The position numbers were made by a program, and so were the translations under genes. This document shows, in pieces, positions 31,101 to 40,072 of a DNA stretch of 64,000 nucleotides (its first letter is position 1; every line of letters begins with the position of its first letter). The stretch is from an uncultured bacterium (GTDB taxonomy: Bacteria > Patescibacteriota > JACMRA01): contig OY969926.1 in the NCBI GenBank assembly GCA_963704645.1, positions 448,001 to 512,000 on the forward strand. The letters run 5' to 3'. The notes under the pieces were generated by a model. The model did not search any database, was not told the origin of the DNA, and saw only the letters and a list, made by a program, of their open reading frames with translations.

Positions 31101-32417
31101 CAAGGATTTACAAATGATAACACCAGTATTCAAGATACATGTTTAAGTACTTTAGGAGGATTTTCAACCAGAACTTCTACAGTAGCTATTCCTACTCTAG
31201 GTAATAGATATTATTGGAGCCAATCATGTATTCAACCAACATCATCTCTTCAAGAGTTATTCATCCAAGGAATAATTAATAGCAATGTTAGTATTACTGA
31301 CACATGTGCCACAACTTTAGGTGCTGGTTCAACAAGAAATTCAAGCGTAGCAATTGATGGATTAGGACAAAGATACTTCTGGACAGAAAGCTGTACTCAA
31401 CCAACATCTTCTCAGTTAGAAATATTTGATCAAGGCTTTACCAACACCCCAGCAGGAATTGCAGATACTTGTGTTTCTACTTTAGGTGCTGGCTCAGTAA
31501 GACAGCTTTCTTTACCATTTGACCTCCTAGACCCAAACAACGGAACAGGCTACATTCAATACAAAATGCTAACCCCAACCAGTCCAACAACAACTTCTGT
31601 AACCCTACCAAACGTAAGCCTAAGCGGAGACAACCAAACAACATCAACTTCGCCTGCTACAATAAACTTTGCCACCTCCCCCCTAACAACAGCAGACATC
31701 CCAGGGTTAACAGTAATCTGTGGAGTAGGAGGAACTCCTGGAACAGTAAGAGTAAACACTACAACAACTTGTACCTTCACTCTTCCTACAAACAAAACAT
31801 TACCAAATAACTTCAAACTAGGAATAGGTAATGCAACCCCTGCAGGAACTTGTACTGTAGGAACAGGAATAAACTCTAGTCTAGTAACTTGTATTAACGT
31901 ACCAACAGGAACACTTCTTGGAACACAACCTATCAACGGACAAATTGGAACTGAAACAATAACACCTACAGGAGAAACAGTAAATGTAATAGATTCACTA
32001 TGTTCCACAACTAACCCATGTGCCCTATTCGAAACAGCACTAACCTACAGCCCAACCCAAGCCCTAGCCAAAAGATATGGAGCTTCTGGTTCTACAAACT
32101 CAGATAACCTAATACTAACTCTAAAAGATACAAGATTAGAACAATCTGGATTTACTACAACATGTTCCATAAAATATAAATTCAGAACAGATACAAGCTA
32201 CAGAACATTAACAACAAACTCTACCTACAATAATACTACAGGATGTACAGGAAACCTTCTTAAAGCAAATCAACTATTATTCAATGTAGACTTTGAAATA
32301 ACTGCAATAACTACAAATACAACTACAAACACTACAAAGAACTATCTAATCTATTCCAACTACGATTTCAAAGCTGGTTCTATTGGAGTTACTTCTATTG
32401 GTGGAAGTGGGTTGTAG
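28182..32417 (+). CDS. Large Cys/Thr-rich surface protein with three DUF11-like modules
   Basis: N-terminal TM; three modules with I(T/K)D(S/T)-type motifs, each holding three GK(K/R)Y..C..C repeats; C-terminus shared with the 36538 gene. Confidence 0.85.
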   Translation: MSQPGQINNSKIKKEESKLDNSKLTVSNTDNHQIVKNNKPTIAEYLQSKKGKYSLISLLVLSVLLISGLFTYNLLKQDSDTAKAANTTATAFNPSDCATYTSNGGYSQAGICSVRLYEKNGQLFKQLDVSIGEIVNSRLYYNNTSASSATNVNLTDSKPNFPLVGAITNNYVDAAPVTLNPNIFNGNTFSIAPGAGYFGYAADNTATSSNLEMGKKKYINGVGCAYVNGGGSSGYNGYSLLQGSNSPLTTGSCGAAASGYTLSSSSVDSIDITGKRYLNSKYCQYDASDGSYRYTYFKMYSATNATGVTMPVCANPTNGYSQTGEIAYNGDLLGNKFVNGKECVSTSTTQGYSTYQMFAPSNATGVDGACIATIPNYTISAGYLNNVDLSDTSRGYGYIAYSMQVPSDATPGTIFTSTASISYDNTSGGIDPFHSGNNTITLVSTPTPNITYIKLYSVDGGSTWSPTVSANPGQSVLVRLWNENTGGLSAASANIKDSLPNTFTYVAGSAKNCLNPSTTNPTTPDNTELVCDTGTAANKDTLFQTLTNASGVSPSAGLYDAAGTSVATGGTAFNATSGTKDIGKMRYLHGINCRNAQLEAQTVDIAANNTSTAFTSYDCGPGTSVGYVFQYDTVQSGNGDMLGKRYLHGINCRNAQLEAQTVDIAANNTSTAFTSYDCGPGTSVGYVFQYDTVQSGNGDMLGKRYLHGINCRNAQLEAQTVDIAANNTSTAFTSYDCGPGTSVGYVFQYDTVQSGNGDLLDATRSKSYIQYEMIIPAGTAGGNYGTQSTIASTATTPEFTSVNSGTNGSGITVTGDPAFSVKKLLALPTSGTGASAVCPTSTSSYSTTLSNTPAGSTICVRLAYQNKTSGAVSNAAITDTLSSGFTYINNTTSNCLTPATGNELCASDASQANTAWTGNNGWTGSNFALAPHAGLYGQPSTGASSVMEMGKKRYAWTQSCTQQPSSSNQEVFIQGFTNDNTSIQDTCLSTLGGFSTRTSTVAIPTLGNRYYWSQSCIQPTSSLQELFIQGIINSNVSITDTCATTLGAGSTRNSSVAIDGLGQRYFWTESCTQPTSSQLEIFDQGFTNTPAGIADTCVSTLGAGSVRQLSLPFDLLDPNNGTGYIQYKMLTPTSPTTTSVTLPNVSLSGDNQTTSTSPATINFATSPLTTADIPGLTVICGVGGTPGTVRVNTTTTCTFTLPTNKTLPNNFKLGIGNATPAGTCTVGTGINSSLVTCINVPTGTLLGTQPINGQIGTETITPTGETVNVIDSLCSTTNPCALFETALTYSPTQALAKRYGASGSTNSDNLILTLKDTRLEQSGFTTTCSIKYKFRTDTSYRTLTTNSTYNNTTGCTGNLLKANQLLFNVDFEITAITTNTTTNTTKNYLIYSNYDFKAGSIGVTSIGGSGL
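29944..30454 (+). repeat. 177-bp coding tandem repeat, about 2.9 identical copies
   Basis: Copies start at 29944, 30121 and 30298. Confidence 0.97.
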
Positions 32418-32446
32418 GGGTTAATCATTGAAATTCACAACACTAT

Positions 32447-32556
32447 GTAGGGGAGATGCTTGTCATCTCCCAGGGGTAAGGGGATGGGGAGTGGACTTTA
32501 GTATGGGAATACTTTAACTCAACAACACCAAGTAGGGGAGATGCTTGTCGCCTCCC
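32447..32556 (+). repeat. Pair of GTAG-type REP-like palindromes
   Basis: GTAG-GGGAGATG-cttgt-CATCTCCC and a variant; also at 38976 and 39061, with relatives at 27844 and 28106. Confidence 0.65.
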
Positions 32557-32649
32557 ACTTGGGGTGTGACAAGGAAATAGAGAAAAACAAAATCAAATAC
32601 ATAAAGTCTTAATCCCGCATTCCAAAACTACCCTCAAACCTTGCGGCGC

Positions 32650-32736
32650 TACCCCCAAGCCTTTGGCTTGACCCCTTCGGGCAAACATGTCGGTTGAAAC
32701 AAGTTCAACCTGCGCCAGTTTACTTACCAGGGGTAC
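32650..32736 (+). repeat. Structured element of about 85 nt
   Basis: Hairpins CAAGC/GCTTG and GGTTGAA/TTCAACC; identical at 39179-39265 and diverged at 36308-36387. Confidence 0.75.
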
Positions 32737-32917
32737 TTTCAGCCAAGTTTACTCTAATTGTGTTATACTTCTAACCAAACACAGCTCCCTTTATTGGGGG
32801 TTTTGGTTTGTCTTTTTTATACAAATCTTTTGTCTTAACTTTTGAAACAAAGAAATTAATGGTGAAATTAAGCAAATTATCTTTGACAACCAAACCAACT
32901 GAGCTAAAAGTTTAGTA

Positions 32918-34375
32918 ATGGAAAAGAATAGCCAAAATTCTATAAAAGTACCAAAAGCTAAATCTAAAATTGTAGGTCAAATTGAAAATAATGTTAAGCA
33001 GGAAATTATTCCCGTATCGCAAAGTTTGGTAATTGGAGATGTTGGCAGCGGTAAAACTGCTGTGGCTTTTATGGTTGGTTTAAACTACTTACTTGGCCTT
33101 CCTGGTGCCGAAGTTGCTTTGTTGGCGCCAACTGAAGTACTGGCATTTCAGCATTACAATAATTTAGTTGAGTGGGTAGAGAGAATGGGATTAGTTAGTA
33201 ATGCCAATTTTGATAAAGAAGCGAAAGATAAACCTCCTTCCAAAAATGAAAAAAATATTCTTCAGGCAAATAGTTTAAAGAATGAAAGTAATTACATAAC
33301 AACAGTTTTTGCTTCGGCTAAAGACATTCGCATTAATAATGTAAAAGTTAGTAAAAAACAGTTAGACTTGGAAATTAAAAATTACAGTAAAATTTTTTGG
33401 GTTGGAACCCATGCTTTGTTGTTTAAAAATTCTATCAAGCCAGACTTGGTTATGGTTGATGAACAGCACCGATTTGGAGTAAGTCAACGTCAATCTTTAA
33501 ATTCTAAAAATAAAAATGGAAGCCTTGAAGAAAAAAATTTAACTGGTAAAAACAACGAAAATTTGGCCAGCCATTTTGTTTCCTTTACAGCAACTCCAAT
33601 TCCCAGAACGCTATCTTTAACTTTACTAGATACACTTCAGCCACATTTCTTGCAACCAATTCGTGCTAAGCAAATTACAACCACTGTTCTACCCTTCGAA
33701 AATTTCGACGAAAAAATTGTACCAGCAATAACTTCTCATTTGGTTAAAAATAGAAAGGTTTTTTTAATCGTTCCAAAAATTGAGGAAGACGAAACTGATC
33801 AGCTTTGGAATGTTTCCAAATTAAATACCTGGGCTGAAAAATATTTTCCCCAAAAGGTAATGCAAGTACATGGAAAAGTTAAAGACAAAAGTGCAGTGTT
33901 GAAAGAATTTGCTAGTTCCAATCAGTTCCAAATTTTGGTTTCAACTACGGTTATTGAAGTTGGGGTAGACATTGTTGAAGCTTCTTTGATGGTTGTTTTT
34001 AATTCAGAGCGGTTTGGATTGGCTGCATTGCATCAGTTGCGTGGGCGTGTAGGGAGAAATAAATATACCGATAATCAATGTATTTTACTTACTAATAATT
34101 ATTCGGTAAATAAGCCGCGTTTGCAGTTTCTAACAACCAGCTTAGATGGTTATGAAATAGCCGAAAAAGATTTACAACTTCGTGGCAGCGGTGATATAAT
34201 TGGTAAGCAACAATCTGGTTTTTTAGATGAAATTGAAGATGTGGTTGGTTTAGACACATCTATTTATGAAGATATGAAAAATTTTGTAGATGACTTAGAC
34301 TGGCCAGATTTAAAATCTCTTCCACGTTTAAAAAACTATTTAGAAAAAACAGTACAAGAAATCTGGCAAGAGTAG
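32918..34375 (+). CDS. recG: RecG helicase core lacking the N-terminal wedge region
   Basis: GDVGSGKT, DEQHRFGV, TATPIPRTL, LHQLRGRVGR and DLQLRGSGD. Confidence 0.88.
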   Translation: MEKNSQNSIKVPKAKSKIVGQIENNVKQEIIPVSQSLVIGDVGSGKTAVAFMVGLNYLLGLPGAEVALLAPTEVLAFQHYNNLVEWVERMGLVSNANFDKEAKDKPPSKNEKNILQANSLKNESNYITTVFASAKDIRINNVKVSKKQLDLEIKNYSKIFWVGTHALLFKNSIKPDLVMVDEQHRFGVSQRQSLNSKNKNGSLEEKNLTGKNNENLASHFVSFTATPIPRTLSLTLLDTLQPHFLQPIRAKQITTTVLPFENFDEKIVPAITSHLVKNRKVFLIVPKIEEDETDQLWNVSKLNTWAEKYFPQKVMQVHGKVKDKSAVLKEFASSNQFQILVSTTVIEVGVDIVEASLMVVFNSERFGLAALHQLRGRVGRNKYTDNQCILLTNNYSVNKPRLQFLTTSLDGYEIAEKDLQLRGSGDIIGKQQSGFLDEIEDVVGLDTSIYEDMKNFVDDLDWPDLKSLPRLKNYLEKTVQEIWQE

Positions 34376-34726
34376 AGTATATTTCAGATTAATATTTTAA
34401 TTACAAACTAAGTCTAAATGTTTTTGCATTTAATTTCTAGGTATGCTAAACACAATTTGTGAGTTAATGAACGAAAACTAAGAGATAAAATAATCTGTTT
34501 AGATTTTTGTGTTTGTGGTGTATAATATTTTAACTTTAAAACAATTTTAGAAACTATGTGTTCATATTTTGTACTTAAATTAGAGTATTTTTTACGTTAA
34601 AATGTGTATCTATTGTACATTCAGAATAATTTGTACATTAAAATTGGCAAAGTAATAAATAATTTTAAGATTAAATAATACTTAGTAATTTACTAAGTTA
34701 CAAACCAGTATAATTTGGAGAAACAG

Positions 34727-35233
34727 ATGTCTAAATCAATTATTATTGTAGAAGACAATCTAGAATATGTAGAAGCCCTGAAAGCCACATTGGAAAACTA
34801 TGGCACTATATTTACACCTAGAATTTTATCAGGTTATGCTGCTGCTGTAGAATTTTTGGCTGAAATTTGTGAAATCGTTGACAGGGCAATTGAACATAAT
34901 TTTGAGACAATTATTTTATTGGATCATTTTCTGTTTGGGCAAAGCCAACATCCATACTGCGGAGGTCAGATTCACCGCTGGGTTATGTGGCATTTTGGAA
35001 GGACGAATCCAGAATACGGAATAAAATTCATATCAATTTCGTCTGCAACCCAAATGGCTCAGCTTAATTATATGAATATGGATGGTCTTGAACCGAACGT
35101 AAACTATTCATCAATCCCGCATTTCTCTGAAAAAGCAAACTTATGTTCTTACTTTGGTATACTTGAAGAAGGCGATCCTGAGTTGGAAAAACATAATTCA
35201 GCTTTAAAAAAGATTGTTAGCTTGTTCAATTAG
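34727..35233 (+). CDS. Stand-alone receiver-domain-like protein
   Basis: IIIVEDN, ILLDH and ISISS; GGAG precedes ATG 34727. Confidence 0.6.
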   Translation: MSKSIIIVEDNLEYVEALKATLENYGTIFTPRILSGYAAAVEFLAEICEIVDRAIEHNFETIILLDHFLFGQSQHPYCGGQIHRWVMWHFGRTNPEYGIKFISISSATQMAQLNYMNMDGLEPNVNYSSIPHFSEKANLCSYFGILEEGDPELEKHNSALKKIVSLFN

Positions 35234-35357
35234 GCATTAGTCTATAGCTCTAAGCTAAACCCAACCCCACCTTGGCCTTCCTTGGTGGTTTATTTTTGTA
35301 AAATGAAGCCTTGTTAACATTCTTCATAATCTGTTTTTTGAATAGTTAAAAACCAAA

Positions 35358-36113
35358 TTACCTACTATTCCAAACCATTATAAATACACCTTTTAAAAAT
35401 TCTGCCATGGTTTTGTTTCGTATTTCAAAAGCTCTTGTATTAACCGTGTCCCATAAAATTATAACATCATTTATAATCCAAAAAGAACCCATTTTGTTAA
35501 ACTCCACTGGCAAAAATCTCCAATCTCTTAAATATTCTTCTTTAATATTATTTATGTTAAAATATGAATTATTGTGGGTTGCTAAAATAAGCGATGAAAT
35601 ATTCTTCTTAATTCTTTTTGGTAGCCAAATATTTGACCAATAGTTGATATCTATAATTTCTATAAAATCGTTGCCCTCGCCAAAACTGTGTATAGTTGAG
35701 TTTGGTGTTGTTGTTTCTAATATACTATTAAACAAAAGCAAAAACTTATCCTTGCCAGTGTAGGTTTTAAACACGGGCTCATTGTATCCATACCAGTTGG
35801 TTAATATTTCTGGTAAAAATTCTTGAAAATCTGAAACAGCTTTGTTACTTTGATATTGTTTTTGTTGAAGCAGGCTTAGTACAATATTTGGATTAGTTAT
35901 TAAAAAACCTTCTTTGTTCCTTTCAACAGATTCTAGCAAACCCAACTTGGCTAATTGATCTAAAGTTCTATAAACAAAAATTCTATTTGTACCTAATTTT
36001 CGGCAAATTTCTGAAATTGTAATTCTTTTATCTAGTAAAATAGTTTCGTAAACTTGTGCTTGTTTTTGATTTAAATTTAGTTCTAATAATATTTTAGAAA
36101 ATTGTGTGTTCAT
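35358..36113 (-). CDS. TrmB-family HTH transcriptional regulator
   Basis: N-terminal wHTH (VYRTLDQLAKLGL); C-terminal RIKKNI...IINDVI effector-like domain. Confidence 0.85.
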   Translation of the reverse strand: MNTQFSKILLELNLNQKQAQVYETILLDKRITISEICRKLGTNRIFVYRTLDQLAKLGLLESVERNKEGFLITNPNIVLSLLQQKQYQSNKAVSDFQEFLPEILTNWYGYNEPVFKTYTGKDKFLLLFNSILETTTPNSTIHSFGEGNDFIEIIDINYWSNIWLPKRIKKNISSLILATHNNSYFNINNIKEEYLRDWRFLPVEFNKMGSFWIINDVIILWDTVNTRAFEIRNKTMAEFLKGVFIMVWNSR

Positions 36114-36307
36114 ATTCCGTACAGATTGTAACTATAAAAAACTCTTACTGTAAATAATTTTAAGAATAGTATAACAAATTACGAACACCAAAATTGTTTA
36201 GGTTAAAAGTTCACCCTTTGGGTTTGTATATTTTTTATTTTATCTTGAAATTTTCTATCTAAAACATCGGTGGCTAAAACTGGACTAGAGTTTGCATATG
36301 TTTCTAA

Positions 36308-36387
36308 CCCCAAGCATTCGGCTTGACCCCTTCTGGCGAACATGTTGGTTGAAACAAGTTTAACCTGCACTAGTTTAATTGCCAGGT
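36308..36387 (+). repeat. Diverged copy of the structured 85-nt element
   Basis: CCCCAAGCattcGGCTTGACCCCTTC...GGTTGAAACAAGTTtAACCTGC. Confidence 0.75.
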
Positions 36388-36537
36388 ATGCTCAATCATA
36401 TCTCCTACAATTTAGTTAGACTTTTACCTTATTTAATATGGTTTTTGGTTTATTTATACTTCCCATAAATCAATATCCAATCCCCTTTGCCTAAACCTAA
36501 AAAACAAAATACAATAGAACAAAACCAAAACAAAAAT

Positions 36538-38946
36538 ATGAATCAAAAACCATCTTTAATAAAAGGTAATATTCTAAAATCATTCCTTCAATCTAAAAAA
36601 GGACAATATTCTTTATTCTCTTTATTAACACTTTCTGTATTATTAATATCTGGATTATATACATTTAGTTTATTAAAACAAAATAATATAGACACAGCCT
36701 TAGCAGGTTTAAATTGTCCTGCTAATTTTACTTTGGTAAATGGTAATTGCCAATATAATGCCACACCTAACACTTCACTGTCTTGTCCGCAAGGTGGAAC
36801 TGTAAATGGTACAAATTGTACATACAATGCTGTTCAAGGATCTGGTCAGTATTCTTGCCCACAAGGAGGGGCTTTAAATGGTCAGCAGTGTAGCTACAAT
36901 GCTACGCCTCAAGCTATAGGAGGCACTTGTCCGCAAGGAGGTGTGATTGTAGACTCATCTCCTGGTTCAAATATATATACAATCTTTTCACAGTATATCA
37001 ATGGTCCTTTTGGAGGGGCGATAAATATTCAAGGATCTCAAGCTTGTCTTGTTGATCGGGGACAGACATTCTCTAGTGATCCTTGTGTTGGCTATAACAA
37101 CTCATCAGTTAATGGCTTTGCGTGGGTTGCAGTTAGTAATAGATTCTGTTATTCTTCTCCATTTCCATCAAGCGCATCTTTCACTTGCGATAAGGGCGGT
37201 ATTTTAGGTACAGATAATAATTGCTATGCTTATAGTTCTGGGGCACCATATTCAAATACTTGGTGTCCATCAGGGTGGTCGAACTACAATACTAACGTTG
37301 CATTCGCAGGGTGTATAAAAAGCCCGAGTCAAACCCCATCAAATCAAGTAACCCAAACTTGTCCATCTGGTGGCTCTGCTGTTGGTTCAATATGCTATTA
37401 CAATGCAACCTTAAGCCCAGGAGCATATAGTTGTCCACTAGGAGGAAGCTTGTCTGGAACGACTTGTTCTTACCCAGCCACTTCAACTACATCTAGCTAT
37501 TTTTGTCCAAATGGAGGCAATGTTAGCGGCACTGTTTGTTTAGCCAATTCAGGCACAACCTACACCCCAGAACCAGGCCAAATCACAGGTCTAACCTGTA
37601 CACCTTCTAGCGTTGTAGCCTCAGGAACAGTAAACTGTAGCGGACAAGCCACAGGAGCACCAAGTGGAGTACCTTATGCAGGAAACATTACAGTAACAAT
37701 AGACAACGGAGGAGGAAGTATAACAACTACAATAAACCCAGACGGAACTTTCACAGCTTCTTCAGTACCAGTAGGAACAACCACAGGAACTAAAGCAGCT
37801 ACAACTAACTTAGGAGGAACAACTTCTATTACAGTTACAGCAGCTTCTATCACAGTAGACCCAGACCTAGCTTCAGGCCCAGGAAGTTTATCTAACTCTA
37901 CAGATTGTACAAGTGCAAAGAACGTAACTATTGGAACTGTCTACACTTGTTCTTTCCCAATCAACGGAACAGGCCCATTTGTATTACCAGCAGGAGGAAT
38001 ACAAGCTAGAACCAATCAAAGTGCAAACAACTCTACCCCAGTAAACACATGTACCATTGCAGCTTCAGTATTAACCTGTACAGGAATAACAACAGTAGGA
38101 ACACCAAGTACATTAATAGCAGGAACTGGTAATGTACAATTAGGTAAGGGAACAACTCCAGCTACTTGGAACACTAAGGGAGTAGTTACCTTGGTAGCTG
38201 CCACCTCCCCCCTAACCACAACCGACATCCCTTCCCTTACAGTAACATGTGGAGTAGGAGGAACTCCTGGAACAGTAAGAGTAAACACTACAACAACTTG
38301 TACCTTCACTCTTCCTACAAACAAAACATTACCAAATAACTTCAAACTAGGAATAGGTAATGCAACCCCTGCAGGAACTTGTACTGTAGGAACAGGAATA
38401 AACTCTAGTCTAGTAACTTGTATTAACGTACCAACAGGAACACTTCTTGGAACACAACCTATTAACGGACAAATAGGAACTGAAACAATAACACCTACAG
38501 GAGAAACAGTAAATGTAATAGATTCACTATGTTCCACAACTAACCCATGTGCCCTATTCGAAACAGCACTAACCTACAGCCCAACCCAAGCCCTAGCCAA
38601 AAGATATGGAGCTTCTGGTTCTACAAACTCAGATAACCTAATACTAACTCTAAAAGATACAAGATTAGAACAATCTGGATTTACTACAACATGTTCCATA
38701 AAATATAAATTCAGAACAGATACAAGCTACAGAACATTAACAACAAACTCTACCTACAATAATACTACAGGATGTACAGGAAACCTTCTTAAAGCAAATC
38801 AACTATTATTCAATGTAGACTTTGAAATAACTGCAATAACTACAAATACAACTACAAACACTACAAAGAACTATCTAATCTATTCCAACTACGATTTCAA
38901 AGCTGGTTCTATTGGAGTTACTTCTATTGGTGGAAGTGGGTTGTAG
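36538..38946 (+). CDS. Cys-rich surface protein with CPxGG repeats
   Basis: Leader similar to the 28182 gene; CPxGG..C.Y.A repeats; last 232 aa identical to the 28182 gene; ORF is open from TTG 36487. Confidence 0.85.
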   Translation: MNQKPSLIKGNILKSFLQSKKGQYSLFSLLTLSVLLISGLYTFSLLKQNNIDTALAGLNCPANFTLVNGNCQYNATPNTSLSCPQGGTVNGTNCTYNAVQGSGQYSCPQGGALNGQQCSYNATPQAIGGTCPQGGVIVDSSPGSNIYTIFSQYINGPFGGAINIQGSQACLVDRGQTFSSDPCVGYNNSSVNGFAWVAVSNRFCYSSPFPSSASFTCDKGGILGTDNNCYAYSSGAPYSNTWCPSGWSNYNTNVAFAGCIKSPSQTPSNQVTQTCPSGGSAVGSICYYNATLSPGAYSCPLGGSLSGTTCSYPATSTTSSYFCPNGGNVSGTVCLANSGTTYTPEPGQITGLTCTPSSVVASGTVNCSGQATGAPSGVPYAGNITVTIDNGGGSITTTINPDGTFTASSVPVGTTTGTKAATTNLGGTTSITVTAASITVDPDLASGPGSLSNSTDCTSAKNVTIGTVYTCSFPINGTGPFVLPAGGIQARTNQSANNSTPVNTCTIAASVLTCTGITTVGTPSTLIAGTGNVQLGKGTTPATWNTKGVVTLVAATSPLTTTDIPSLTVTCGVGGTPGTVRVNTTTTCTFTLPTNKTLPNNFKLGIGNATPAGTCTVGTGINSSLVTCINVPTGTLLGTQPINGQIGTETITPTGETVNVIDSLCSTTNPCALFETALTYSPTQALAKRYGASGSTNSDNLILTLKDTRLEQSGFTTTCSIKYKFRTDTSYRTLTTNSTYNNTTGCTGNLLKANQLLFNVDFEITAITTNTTTNTTKNYLIYSNYDFKAGSIGVTSIGGSGL

Positions 38947-39272
38947 GGGTTAATCATTGAAATTCACAACACTATGTAGGGGAGATGCTTGTCATCTCCC
39001 AGGGGTAAGGGGATGGGGAGTGGACTTTAGTATGGGAATACTTTAACTCAACAACACCAAGTAGGGGAGATGCTTGTCGCCTCCCACTTGGGGTGTGACA
39101 AGGAAATAGAGAAAAACAAAATCAAATACATAAAGTCTTAATCCCGCATTCCAAAACTACCCTCAAACCTTGCGGCGCTACCCCCAAGCCTTTGGCTTGA
39201 CCCCTTCGGGCAAACATGTCGGTTGAAACAAGTTCAACCTGCGCCAGTTTACTTACCAGGGGTACTTTCAGC
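38248..39272 (+). repeat. 1025-bp direct repeat, copy 2
   Basis: Offset 6529 bp from copy 1. Confidence 0.97.
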
Positions 39273-39406
39273 AGTTTGTCTCAAGAAGAAGGTGCTTTAC
39301 TTTCTTAAAAATAAGGAGGAAAAGAAATCAACTTGCCTTAAAACTAGAATCAAAATATAAGCTTACTTATTCCACCTTCCCACAATAAAAATAAGGAAAA
39401 TTAAAT

Positions 39407-39871
39407 ATGCCACAAATACTTTATTTATCAGCTGATCATGCTGGATTTAGACTAAAGGAAGACTTGAAAGCAGCTTTATTATCTTCCAATAACAATCTTT
39501 TTAAAAATTTAGAAATTATAGATCTAAGTCCTAAATTTATTAATGGCGATGACTATCCTTTGGTCGCTAAAAACTTGACTGCCCACATACTTGCTAGCCC
39601 AACATCTTTAGGTATTGCATTTTGTGGCAGCGGTCAGGGAATATGTATTGCATTGAACAGATTTAAAGGTATTAGGGCAGGGCTAGCTGATTCCCAAAAA
39701 GAAGCCAAACTACTAAAAGAACATAATCATGCCCAAATACTTTGTATGTCTGGCTTTTCATACAACTTAAATAAAAAGCTTGGTGTTTTAAAATCATTTC
39801 TTCAAGCAAAACAAAGTCCAGAACTTAGACATGTCACAAGAGTAGTCCAACTTGATAACTTGACTAGCTAG
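39407..39871 (+). CDS. rpiB: Ribose-5-phosphate isomerase B
   Basis: ADHAG, DDYP, CGSGQG and HNHA. Confidence 0.93.
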   Translation: MPQILYLSADHAGFRLKEDLKAALLSSNNNLFKNLEIIDLSPKFINGDDYPLVAKNLTAHILASPTSLGIAFCGSGQGICIALNRFKGIRAGLADSQKEAKLLKEHNHAQILCMSGFSYNLNKKLGVLKSFLQAKQSPELRHVTRVVQLDNLTS

Positions 39872-39897
39872 AATAGTAGTATTTATAATACGTAAAA

Positions 39898-39972
39898 GGC
39901 GCTATCGTCTAATGGTTAGGACACAGGATTCTCATTCCTGTAACCGGGGTTCAATTCCCCGTAGCGCTACCA
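39898..39972 (+). tRNA. tRNA-Glu(CTC)
   Basis: Cloverleaf; anticodon loop TTCTCAT; encoded CCA. Confidence 0.96.
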
Positions 39973-40072
39973 AAAATACACAAATATAAAATTTTTAATA
40001 AAATTAAGCAAAATATCTTGACTTTACTTAACCTTAAGTGGCACAATAGCCAGAACCATTTTTTCTATCAAT

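Larger units (their letters stand above)
31719..32743 (+). repeat. 1025-bp direct repeat, copy 1
   Basis: Matches 38248-39272 apart from two synonymous changes that I could see. Confidence 0.97.

Noticed and set aside
31719-39272. Diversity-generating retroelement TR/VR pair
   Set aside because: Only two differences seen (C/T and T/A), both synonymous; both copies are coding; no reverse transcriptase in the window
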